12,243 nucleotides of DNA, from contig JAEUJQ010000037.1 in NCBI GenBank assembly GCA_016793095.1, forward strand, positions 1 to 12,243, written 5' to 3'. The DNA comes from Myxococcaceae bacterium (GTDB taxonomy: Bacteria; Myxococcota; Myxococcia; Myxococcales; Myxococcaceae). The position numbers and the translations under genes are program-made. The notes under the pieces were generated by a model. It did not search any database, was not told the DNA's origin, and worked only from the letters and a program-made list of their open reading frames with translations. Positions 1-6,870 of the stretch are shown in pieces (position 1 is the stretch's first letter; the number at the start of each line of letters is the position of its first letter).

Positions 1-102
1 TGACGGTTCTCACCGGCTTTGACCCCTCTGCGGGGAAGTTTCTCACGAGCATTGACCCCCCTCGGGGTGGGGATTCTCAGGGGCATTGACCCCTCTGCAC
101 CT
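1..102 (+). repeat. IS left terminal region. It contains three direct ~33-bp repeat units, at roughly 1-35, 36-68 and 69-102, each with a 'ttctca...cattgacccc(c)tc' core. This is the multiple-IstA-binding-site architecture typical of IS21.
   Basis: The units are visible directly: 'ggttctcaccggctttgacccctctgcgggg', 'gtttctcacgagcattgacccccctcgggg', 'gattctcaggggcattgacccctctgcacc'. Confidence 0.75.
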
Positions 103-179
103 GCGCGACGCGGCTAGGCCGCCCGCACCAGCCATGTCGGCTGGGACGGGAGGCCCAGGTGGCGTTTCGCGAGGTGTCG

Positions 180-1766
180 ATGCTGGAAGTCAAAGAGGTC
201 CTCCGTCGGTGGTTGGCTGGCGAGGCGAAGAAGGCGATCGCCCGAGCCGTCGGCGTGAGCCGAAACACCGTGCGCACGTACGTGCGCCTCGGCGTGAAGT
301 GCGGGCTCGAAGGCCAGAGCACTGTCACTGACGAGGCGCTCGCCTCCGTGATGGCCGAGTTGCACGGCGCTCAGCTCGAGCCGCAGCGTGGCGAGTCGTG
401 GGCGGCTTGCGACCGCCACCGCGACTTCATCAAGGCCAAGCTGGACGAGGGGCTGCTGCTCACAAAGGCCCATCGGCTCCTGATGAGGCAGGGCGTGACC
501 GTGCCGTACGCGACGCTGCACCGCTTCGCGGTGAGCGAGCTCGGCTTCGGTGACAAGGCGCCGACCATCCCGGTGGCGGATTGTGCGCCCGGCGCTGAGG
601 TGCAGCTCGACACGGGCGTCATGACGCTGCTCGAGCCAGACATCCTCGGGCGTCGACGGCGCTTTCGCGCGTGGATCTTCACATCCGTCTACAGCCGACA
701 TCGCTTCGTGTACCCGTGCTTCGAGGAGACGACGAAGTCGGCCATCGAGGCATGCGAGGCGGCGTGGGCCTTCTTCGGTGGCGTATTCCCCGTCGTCATC
801 CCCGACAACACGAAGACCATCGTCCAGAGGGCAGACCCGCTGGACCCGCTCATCACTCCGGCCTTCCTCGAGTACGCGCAGTCGCGGAACTTCGTCGTGG
901 ACCCGACGCGCGCGAGGAAGCCGCGCGACAAGGGGCGCGTCGAGCGTGCGGTGCAGCCGACCCGTGAAGACTGCTTCCGCGGCGAGCGCCTGCGGAACCT
1001 CGACGACTGTCACCGCCGAGCGCGCACCTGGTGCCTCGACGAGTACGGCATGCGGCGTCACTCGCGGACGCAGCGGTTGCCGCGAGAGGCGTTTGAGGCC
1101 GACGAGAAGGCGAAGCTGCGGCCGGCGCCGACCGAGCTCTACGACGTGCCGCTGTACTCGGACCCGAAGGTGGGGCTCGACCAGCACGCCGAGGTGGCGA
1201 AGGCGCTCTACTCGTTGGCCTTCGAGTACCGGCGCAAGAAGGTCCACGCGCGCGCAGATCGCTCGACGGTGCGCTTCTACTTCAACCAGCAGCTCATCGA
1301 GACGCACCCACGCAAGCCTCCGGGCGGGCGCTCGACGAAGCCGGAACACTTCCCGCCGGAGAAGCTGGCCTACGCGCAGCGCGACGCGGGCTTCCTCATC
1401 CGCCAGGCCGAGGCCCAGGGGCCGAACGTCCACCGCTTCGCGAAGGTGCTGCTCGAGCAACCCCAACCATGGCTCTCGATGCGTCAGTGTTTCGGGCTCC
1501 TCGGCCTGTGTCGCCGCTTCACGCCTGCTCGCGTAGACGAGGCCTGTCAGCTCGCGCTCTCCGTCGAGATGCACGAGTACAAGCGACTGAAGCGCATGGT
1601 GCTGCTGGGCGTCACGACAGCCCCGCCGCCGAAGCCACCACCGGATTCCCACGACAACGTGGTGCCGCTCGCCCGCTTCCTGCGGCCCTCCTCTCAGTAC
1701 GCCCTCCCGCTCGCATCCCGCGAGCAGGCTGCATCACCCACCCAAGGAGAAGTCGATGACGACTGA
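180..1766 (+). CDS. istA: IS21-family transposase IstA. An N-terminal HTH (MLEVKEVLRRWLAGEAKKAIARAVGVSRNTVRTYV) is followed by a DDE integrase-like catalytic core.
   Basis: ORF 159..1766 with high-GC codon use. I place the start at ATG 180, which is preceded by GAGGTG. The ORF-track start at 159 is GTG. The N-terminal HTH is typical of IS21 IstA. The stop overlaps the istB start. Confidence 0.85.
   Translation: MLEVKEVLRRWLAGEAKKAIARAVGVSRNTVRTYVRLGVKCGLEGQSTVTDEALASVMAELHGAQLEPQRGESWAACDRHRDFIKAKLDEGLLLTKAHRLLMRQGVTVPYATLHRFAVSELGFGDKAPTIPVADCAPGAEVQLDTGVMTLLEPDILGRRRRFRAWIFTSVYSRHRFVYPCFEETTKSAIEACEAAWAFFGGVFPVVIPDNTKTIVQRADPLDPLITPAFLEYAQSRNFVVDPTRARKPRDKGRVERAVQPTREDCFRGERLRNLDDCHRRARTWCLDEYGMRRHSRTQRLPREAFEADEKAKLRPAPTELYDVPLYSDPKVGLDQHAEVAKALYSLAFEYRRKKVHARADRSTVRFYFNQQLIETHPRKPPGGRSTKPEHFPPEKLAYAQRDAGFLIRQAEAQGPNVHRFAKVLLEQPQPWLSMRQCFGLLGLCRRFTPARVDEACQLALSVEMHEYKRLKRMVLLGVTTAPPPKPPPDSHDNVVPLARFLRPSSQYALPLASREQAASPTQGEVDDD
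1744..1750 (+). promoter_or_regulatory. Shine-Dalgarno (AAGGAGA) for istB.
   Basis: Seen 5 nt upstream of ATG 1756. Confidence 0.6.
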
Positions 1767-2577
1767 AGTGGTTTCCCCCGACCTGACGACCGTGCTGCGA
1801 CGGCTCAAGCTGTCTGGCCTGCTGCACACGCTCCCCGAGCGGCTCGCGCTCGCTCGCACGCAGATGATGCCCTACCAGGACTTCCTCCTCCTCTTGCTGG
1901 CCGACGAGGTTTCCCGGCGCGAGGGGCTCTCCGCGACGCTGCGCGCGCAGCGGGCGCACCTCGACCCGGCCATGCAACTCGAGGCCTGGGACGCGTCGGC
2001 CAACGTCTCCTTCGACAAGATGCTGCTCAACGAACTGGCGTCATTGCGCTTCGTCGAGACGCACGCCCACGTCGCCATCGTCGGCCCTGTAGGCGTCGGG
2101 AAGACCTTCCTGGCTCACGCTCTCGGCCACGTCGCCTGCAGGCGCGGCTACACCGTCCACGCGGCGCGCGCCGACGCCATGCTGAAGACGCTCCGACACG
2201 CACGGCTCGACAACTCCTACGAGGCCGAGCTGCGCAAGCTGCTCGCCGTCGACCTCCTCGTCGTCGACGACTTCGGCCTCGACAAGATGGATGCCGTCGA
2301 GAGCCGTGACGCCTACGAAATCTTCACCGAGCGCCACCGCGCAGGCTCGATGATCATCACCTCGAACCGCGGTCCCGATGAGTGGCTCGCTACCTTCGCC
2401 GACCCGGTCCGAGCGCAGAGCGCCGTCGACCGCTTCACTGGCAACGCGTACGACCTCATCATCGAAGGCGAGAGCTACCGTCCACGGCAGAAGCCTTCGC
2501 GCTCAAAGGACCCCGTCCCTCAACAGCCCGTCCCGCCGAAGCGTCGGGATTCGCGTCGACGCAGGAGGGCCGCATGA
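1756..2577 (+). CDS. istB: IS21-family ATP-binding helper protein IstB (AAA+/DnaC-like).
   Basis: Walker A 'GPVGVGKTFLAHALG' and Walker B 'LLVVDDFG'. The ATG at 1756 is preceded by AAGGAGA at 1744-1750 and overlaps the istA stop (ATGA coupling). Confidence 0.9.
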   Translation: MTTEVVSPDLTTVLRRLKLSGLLHTLPERLALARTQMMPYQDFLLLLLADEVSRREGLSATLRAQRAHLDPAMQLEAWDASANVSFDKMLLNELASLRFVETHAHVAIVGPVGVGKTFLAHALGHVACRRGYTVHAARADAMLKTLRHARLDNSYEAELRKLLAVDLLVVDDFGLDKMDAVESRDAYEIFTERHRAGSMIITSNRGPDEWLATFADPVRAQSAVDRFTGNAYDLIIEGESYRPRQKPSRSKDPVPQQPVPPKRRDSRRRRRAA

Positions 2578-2770
2578 AGCACGCCGTGCCCGCGGCCCCC
2601 GCTCCGGTCGACGGCTTCGCCGCGCGCGCTCACGCACGCGCCCTCCGGGTCGACCTGGGCCGCCACGGACTTGTCCTCAAGCCCGACCCCTCATGGCTCA
2701 GGGGACAAGACGCGCCCGCTGGATCGCAGGCTCGTTTTCGGTGACTCTTACGTCGTCGCTCAGGTCAGAC

Positions 2771-2824
2771 CCCCGGGGTCAATGCCTTTGAGAAGCAGGG
2801 GGTCAAAGGTGGTGAGAGCCGGCA
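2771..2824 (-). repeat. IS right terminal inverted repeat region. It holds two units inverted relative to the left-end units.
   Basis: 'cccccggggtcaatgcctttgagaag' is the reverse complement of 'cttctcaaaggcattgaccccggggg', matching left unit 2. 'cagggggtcaaaggtggtgagagccggca' is the reverse complement of left unit 1. Confidence 0.75.
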
Positions 2825-3019
2825 GTGGAGCGCGACATGGAAATGTCCGTTCCGCGGAGGCTGCATTGCCTGCGCCCCGCTGCAGGTCGGAAGACCGGGG
2901 CGTTCCCGCCGGCGCGACTGCAGTTTGTGCGTGGGCCTCCGTCGAGCGCACGAACTGCGCAAGGCCGCCACGCCTTCTCTCGGGCGACTGCTGGCGCACG
3001 AAGTGCAACCCTCCTCGCT

Positions 3020-3715
3020 ATGCGCGCGCTCCGTGTCCTCCCCATCCTCTTCCTGCTCGGCTGTCCCTCGGAGTCAGTGGACGGGCTGATCAAGGAACAG
3101 CGGGCCGCCGTCGAGGCGACCTTCGACGCGATTCGACGGATTCAGCTGCCCCAGACGACCCACGAGGCGCCCGCGGTGCCGCTCGTGCTCCAGACGTCCG
3201 CGAAGGACGGTGTGAACGCGGCCTTCATCTACAGCGAAGACCTCGCGAAGCCCGGCGGCGCGAAGGACGTTCCGCTGAGGACGATGGACTCGTTGACCCT
3301 GGTTCAGTGCGGCTCGCTGCTCGACACCGGGAAGCTCTCCGCGGGAGGTCCGCAGATGCGGCTGACGCAGACCCCGCTCACGCCCACCGTCGCCAGGGCC
3401 TACCTCTCGGCGTGCGCGCGGCTGCGCTACGCGCTCGTCATTCAGGGCACCGCGTTCAAGGCGCCGCAGGTCACCTCCGAGCAGAAGTTCGAGCCGGGGT
3501 TCTTCCGCGCGGACGTGGTGGCGATCGATCTCACCAGCGGGAAGTCGGTGGGAGCGTTCCAGATCGACGCGGCGAACAAGCCCGACGTCAGCGTCATCGC
3601 CGGCGAGGACCGGGGGCAACGGCTGCTGCGCGATCTCGAGGGCTCCATCTACAGCGCGCTGCGTGACGGGCTTCGCACGGCGTTTCCGGGCTCGGTGCCT
3701 CCGCCGGCGTTCTGA
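3020..3715 (+). CDS. Hypothetical lipoprotein of 231 aa. It has a signal peptide with an L-L-G-C lipobox (MRALRVLPILFLLGC).
   Basis: ORF 2825..3715. The internal ATG at 3020 gives a classic lipoprotein signal. Amino-acid composition is protein-like (K, F, I, Y, Q present), whereas the overlapping 2671..3666 frame is R/A/G-rich. I recognise no functional domain. Confidence 0.65.
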   Translation: MRALRVLPILFLLGCPSESVDGLIKEQRAAVEATFDAIRRIQLPQTTHEAPAVPLVLQTSAKDGVNAAFIYSEDLAKPGGAKDVPLRTMDSLTLVQCGSLLDTGKLSAGGPQMRLTQTPLTPTVARAYLSACARLRYALVIQGTAFKAPQVTSEQKFEPGFFRADVVAIDLTSGKSVGAFQIDAANKPDVSVIAGEDRGQRLLRDLEGSIYSALRDGLRTAFPGSVPPPAF

Positions 3716-3828
3716 GGTGCGCTCGCGACGCTCCGGCTGGCGCGAGTCGCCGAGCTGCCTCATCGCCACCTTCGCGGGCGTCGTGATGTCAGCGCTCGCG
3801 GGTGGGTTCGGCCCTCACTGACGGTGGC

Positions 3829-5118
3829 TCAGAGCGAGTCGCGCAGGCGCAGCGCGTCGGGCGCCGCCGAGGTGTCGCCGAACTTCTTCAGCACGACGTC
3901 GGCGACGGCGCGGGCCTGGTCCTTCTTCCCCGTCGCCAGCAGCGCGCGGGCCTTGCGCACCAGCACGCTCGCCTCGAGGTCGCGGGACTCGGCGCCCCGC
4001 GCGAGGTACTTGTCGAGCAGCTTGATGGCCCTCGCCGGCTGCGACAGCTCGTCCTGCAGCACCGACGCCGCCATCAGCGTCGCCCGGTTCGCCTCGACGC
4101 CCTTGCCTGCGGAGGCCTTGAGGTAGCTCTCGACGGCGCCCTTCTTGTCTCCCGTGCGCCGCTGACAGTCAGCCAGCGTCATCCGCGCCGGCACGTCGTC
4201 GGGCGCCTGACCGAGCGACTTCTTCACCTCGACCATCACCAGCCCACATTCGCCTCGCGACGCGCGGGTACGCCACTCGGCCAGCTTCGCCGCCGGAGCC
4301 CCCTTCTTCTTCGGGCTCGCCGGCTCGTCCTTCACGGCGGGCTCGGGCTCCTCGACCGGCTGCACCTCGACGACCGGCTCGGGCTGTGGCGGCACGGGGG
4401 GAACGACCGCGGGCTTCTCGTTCAGCTCGTCGAACACGCCCGCGCTCTCGACCTTGCTGAGCGCGCCGACGCCGCCCTTCACCGTCAGCAGCTGGTTCGC
4501 CGTCACCCGCGAGGTCTGCTGGCCGTACGTCACCTCGACAGTGCCGCGCTGCACCTCGACCGACAGCTCGTCCTCGAGGGCGCGCACGCGGAAGATGGTG
4601 CCCACCACGTGCACGCGGCCGAGCGGGGTCTCGACGTCGAAGCTGCGCTTGCCGCGTGATGGATCGACGTGCGCCGCCACCGAGCCCTTCGACAACACCA
4701 GCCGCGTCGCCTTGTTGCTGGCGGCGGCGATCTCCACCCGCGAGTCCGGTCCCACGCCGACCGTGTCGTCACCGAGCGAGAAGATGGTGCGCCCATCGGC
4801 CGCCGTCTCGGTCACCGAGCCCGTCGTCGTCACCGCCGTCGCGACCACCGGCTTCGCCGTCCACGCCACCTCGGGCTCGCCGCGCAGCAGGACGAAGGCC
4901 AGCACGCCCGCCACCACCACCGCGAGCGCCCCGGCCGGCGCCAACACACGCAGCCACGACGGCGCCTGGGCCTCGGCCTCTTCGGCGCGCTGGAGCAGTC
5001 GCGCCACGTCGTTCGGTCCCGGCGGCTGGGCGAAGGGCGCGCGCGCGAGCTTCAGCTCACTCGAGAACTTGTCCCACGCCGGGTCGGTGGCGGGCGTCTG
5101 GGGAGCGTCGGCGCTCAT
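3829..5118 (-). CDS. Transmembrane anti-sigma factor. A short cytoplasmic N-terminus is followed by one TM helix (LAPAGALAVVVAGVLAFVLL), a periplasmic FecR domain, a proline-rich linker and a C-terminal TPR-like helical domain.
   Basis: The FecR-like segment is 'RLVLSKGSVAAHVDPSRGKRSFDVETPLGRVHVVGTIFRVRALEDELSVEVQRGTVEV'. The linker is 'PAVVPPVPPQPEPVVEVQPVEEPEPAVKDEP'. Its ATG at 5118 overlaps the sigma-factor stop (ATGA) on the minus strand. Confidence 0.75.
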   Translation of the reverse strand: MSADAPQTPATDPAWDKFSSELKLARAPFAQPPGPNDVARLLQRAEEAEAQAPSWLRVLAPAGALAVVVAGVLAFVLLRGEPEVAWTAKPVVATAVTTTGSVTETAADGRTIFSLGDDTVGVGPDSRVEIAAASNKATRLVLSKGSVAAHVDPSRGKRSFDVETPLGRVHVVGTIFRVRALEDELSVEVQRGTVEVTYGQQTSRVTANQLLTVKGGVGALSKVESAGVFDELNEKPAVVPPVPPQPEPVVEVQPVEEPEPAVKDEPASPKKKGAPAAKLAEWRTRASRGECGLVMVEVKKSLGQAPDDVPARMTLADCQRRTGDKKGAVESYLKASAGKGVEANRATLMAASVLQDELSQPARAIKLLDKYLARGAESRDLEASVLVRKARALLATGKKDQARAVADVVLKKFGDTSAAPDALRLRDSL

Positions 5119-5693
5119 TCGGCACCTCCACTCTCGCCAAGCTCTTTGATCTTCTGCCGCGCCCGGTGGAGCCGCGTGAAGACGGTGTTGGGGCTCACGC
5201 CGAGCGACGCGGCGATCTCCTCGGCCGTCCACCCCTCGACGACGTTCAGGACCACCACCGTGCGCCACTCCTCGGGCAGCTTCGCGAGCAACCGCTCGGC
5301 GTCGCGACCCGCATCGACGCGGAGCTGCGGCGTGGTGGTTCGCTCTTCCTTCGAGACGTGGCGGTCGATCAGCTTGCCGCGAACCCACTCCACCACGCCC
5401 GACTTCTTCCCCTTCTTCGCTGCGATGCCGACCAGGAACGACTTCACCGACACGCCGGGGCGCAGCCGGTCCGCCACCTTCGCGAACGTGAGGAACACCT
5501 CCTGACAGAGGTCGTCGAGCTCGCTGTCTCGTACCTGATGTCGAAGGACGTTCATCACCACTCCCCTGTGACGGGTGTAGAGAGGACCGAGCGCTTTCAG
5601 GTCGCCAGCCACCAGCCGCCTGACACACGCGTCGTCGTCTTCACCCGCCGTCAATTCATCTGGAATCCCGTGACGGCTCAAAGTCCTTCCCAT
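5115..5693 (-). CDS. ECF (sigma-70 family group IV) RNA polymerase sigma factor.
   Basis: Region 2: 'DDLCQEVFLTFAKVADRLRP'. Region 4.2 HTH: 'WTAEEIAASLGVSPNTVFTRLHRARQKIKE'. The start is ATG at 5693. The gene is translationally coupled to the downstream anti-sigma. Confidence 0.85.
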   Translation of the reverse strand: MGRTLSRHGIPDELTAGEDDDACVRRLVAGDLKALGPLYTRHRGVVMNVLRHQVRDSELDDLCQEVFLTFAKVADRLRPGVSVKSFLVGIAAKKGKKSGVVEWVRGKLIDRHVSKEERTTTPQLRVDAGRDAERLLAKLPEEWRTVVVLNVVEGWTAEEIAASLGVSPNTVFTRLHRARQKIKELGESGGAE

Positions 5694-6763
5694 GCGAGAC
5701 CGATGCCGGCGTGCAGCGAGAGCGCAGGCTGCCGCCAGACGACATGATCGCCAGGCAGTTCAACGAGTTGGGCGCGGCCGAGGCGGGCGAGGGCCTGGAG
5801 GCGGAACACGATGGAAAAGGCCTGAGTACCTGCACTTACATCGACGCCGAGGAGTCCAGCCCCCGTGAGTGTGGTGATCTGTCCGGGCACCGACTGGCGA
5901 GAGCTGGTCCAGGTGAGTTCCGGGCCGAGGCCGACGCGTGGCCAGAAGGCGAAGTCGCCCAGTGTGTAGCTTCGGGTCCCCACTGCGAGGACGGGAAGCG
6001 ACACCGAAGAGACGGCGGCAGACTCGAGCGGCACAGCGCGGTGGCCGGTGGCAGACACGTCGATGCCAAAGCCGAGGCGGTGGTTCAGCTTGAAGAGCGC
6101 GCTGAGGGCGCCGCCATAGCGGGTCGCTCCCCCGAGGTGGTCGATCACGCCCGAGTCGACGAGCCCGAAGGCCATCAGCCGCAAGCGCTTCGGGTCCGGT
6201 GGGCGGGCAGGCGCGGGTGGCGCGATCGGCGTGTCGGCGATGGCCAGCGGCGCGACGTCGGGGGCGTACGACATGGTCGCGCGCGTCTGCTTCACCACGG
6301 CTCGCAGCTGGGGCGGAACGTTGGCGGGCGCCTCGTAGAGAAAGGCCGTGCCCAGCAGCTCGCGCATCATCAACGCCAGCGCGCTCTCGTTGCGGCTCTT
6401 GCGGTCGAACTCGAGCGTGCGCACCAGGGTGCGGCCAGTGCCCTGGGCGACGAGGTGCAGCATGAGCTGTCCCGGCAACGGCTCCGAGAGCCACACCACG
6501 GCCGCAGCGTCGTTGGCCTTCGCGACGGGCAGGACCGCGGCGAGCTGATCGGCCAGCGGCTTTCGCGGGAAGTCGGGCACCGCGATGGGCGTGTTGAGCA
6601 CGATGAACGAGTCGAGGAGCAGGGTGAGCTCTTCATGCAGGCGCGCCTGCGTCTTCACGAACGCCGGCGGCCCGTCGGTGCGGATCATGACGATGAGCGG
6701 CGGGGGTGGCCCGATGGACACCCTGGGCGCGGCCAGCACCAGCGTGAGCAGAAGCGCGGTCAT
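5678..6763 (-). CDS. Exported hypothetical protein of 361 aa. It has a signal peptide (MTALLLTLVLAAP) and a C-terminal ~170 aa of alternating hydrophobic residues that suggest an outer-membrane beta-barrel. It is the first gene of the ECF sigma operon.
   Basis: ORF 5678..6853, which begins with GTG. The internal ATG at 6763 gives a clean signal peptide. The 3' end overlaps the sigma start by 16 nt. I recognise no named domain, and the beta-barrel call rests on the residue pattern only. Confidence 0.55.
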   Translation of the reverse strand: MTALLLTLVLAAPRVSIGPPPPLIVMIRTDGPPAFVKTQARLHEELTLLLDSFIVLNTPIAVPDFPRKPLADQLAAVLPVAKANDAAAVVWLSEPLPGQLMLHLVAQGTGRTLVRTLEFDRKSRNESALALMMRELLGTAFLYEAPANVPPQLRAVVKQTRATMSYAPDVAPLAIADTPIAPPAPARPPDPKRLRLMAFGLVDSGVIDHLGGATRYGGALSALFKLNHRLGFGIDVSATGHRAVPLESAAVSSVSLPVLAVGTRSYTLGDFAFWPRVGLGPELTWTSSRQSVPGQITTLTGAGLLGVDVSAGTQAFSIVFRLQALARLGRAQLVELPGDHVVWRQPALSLHAGIGLAWEGL

Positions 6764-6870
6764 CGACAGCGCTGCAGTGTGCCTGTCACGTCGAGCTTTC
6801 TCACGCTCAAAGCGCGAGGGCAGGCGCTGCTGGTTCCCTGGCGTTCGCGACACCGCTATGCAACCGGCGC

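Larger units (their letters stand above)
1..2824 (+). mobile_element. Complete IS21-family insertion sequence (istA-istB) bounded by multi-repeat imperfect terminal inverted repeats. It reads 5'-TG...CA-3'.
   Basis: istA (HTH plus DDE transposase) and istB (Walker A/B ATPase) overlap in ATGA. The left 30 nt 'tgacggttctcaccggctttgacccctctg' matches the reverse complement of 2795-2824, 'tgccggctctcaccacctttgaccccctgc', at about 23 of 26 positions. The 'cattgacccc' repeat units at the left end have inverted counterparts at 2771-2824. Confidence 0.85.

Noticed and set aside
114-1652. 512-aa ORF antisense to istA, and a 252-aa off-frame ORF at 778..1536
   Set aside because: Both are Arg/Ala/Gly/Leu-rich with low complexity and lie entirely inside or opposite the well-supported istA frame. 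They are typical high-GC shadow ORFs.
2574-2744. Small 56-codon ORF overlapping the istB stop inside the IS right arm (part of ORF 2382..2744)
   Set aside because: It has no recognisable motif, is Ala/Arg/Pro-rich, and has no precedent as a third IS21 gene. I kept it only as a note under the IS finding.
2671-3666. 331-aa ORF overlapping the lipoprotein gene in another frame
   Set aside because: Its composition (R/A/G/S-rich, poly-R) is typical of an off-frame high-GC translation. The 3020..3715 frame has a clean lipobox and protein-like composition.
3716-3828. Possible terminator hairpins in the convergent gap between the lipoprotein gene and the anti-sigma gene
   Set aside because: Only short imperfect GC stems (for example ctcgcg...cgcgag) and no T-tract on either strand. 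The evidence is too weak to call an intrinsic terminator.
3802-5747. Plus-strand ORFs (3802..4659, 4454..5149, 4656..5747, 4669..5505) antisense to the sigma/anti-sigma genes
   Set aside because: They are shadow ORFs opposite strongly supported ECF sigma and FecR-domain genes. Their proteins are low-complexity and Pro/Arg/Ser-rich.
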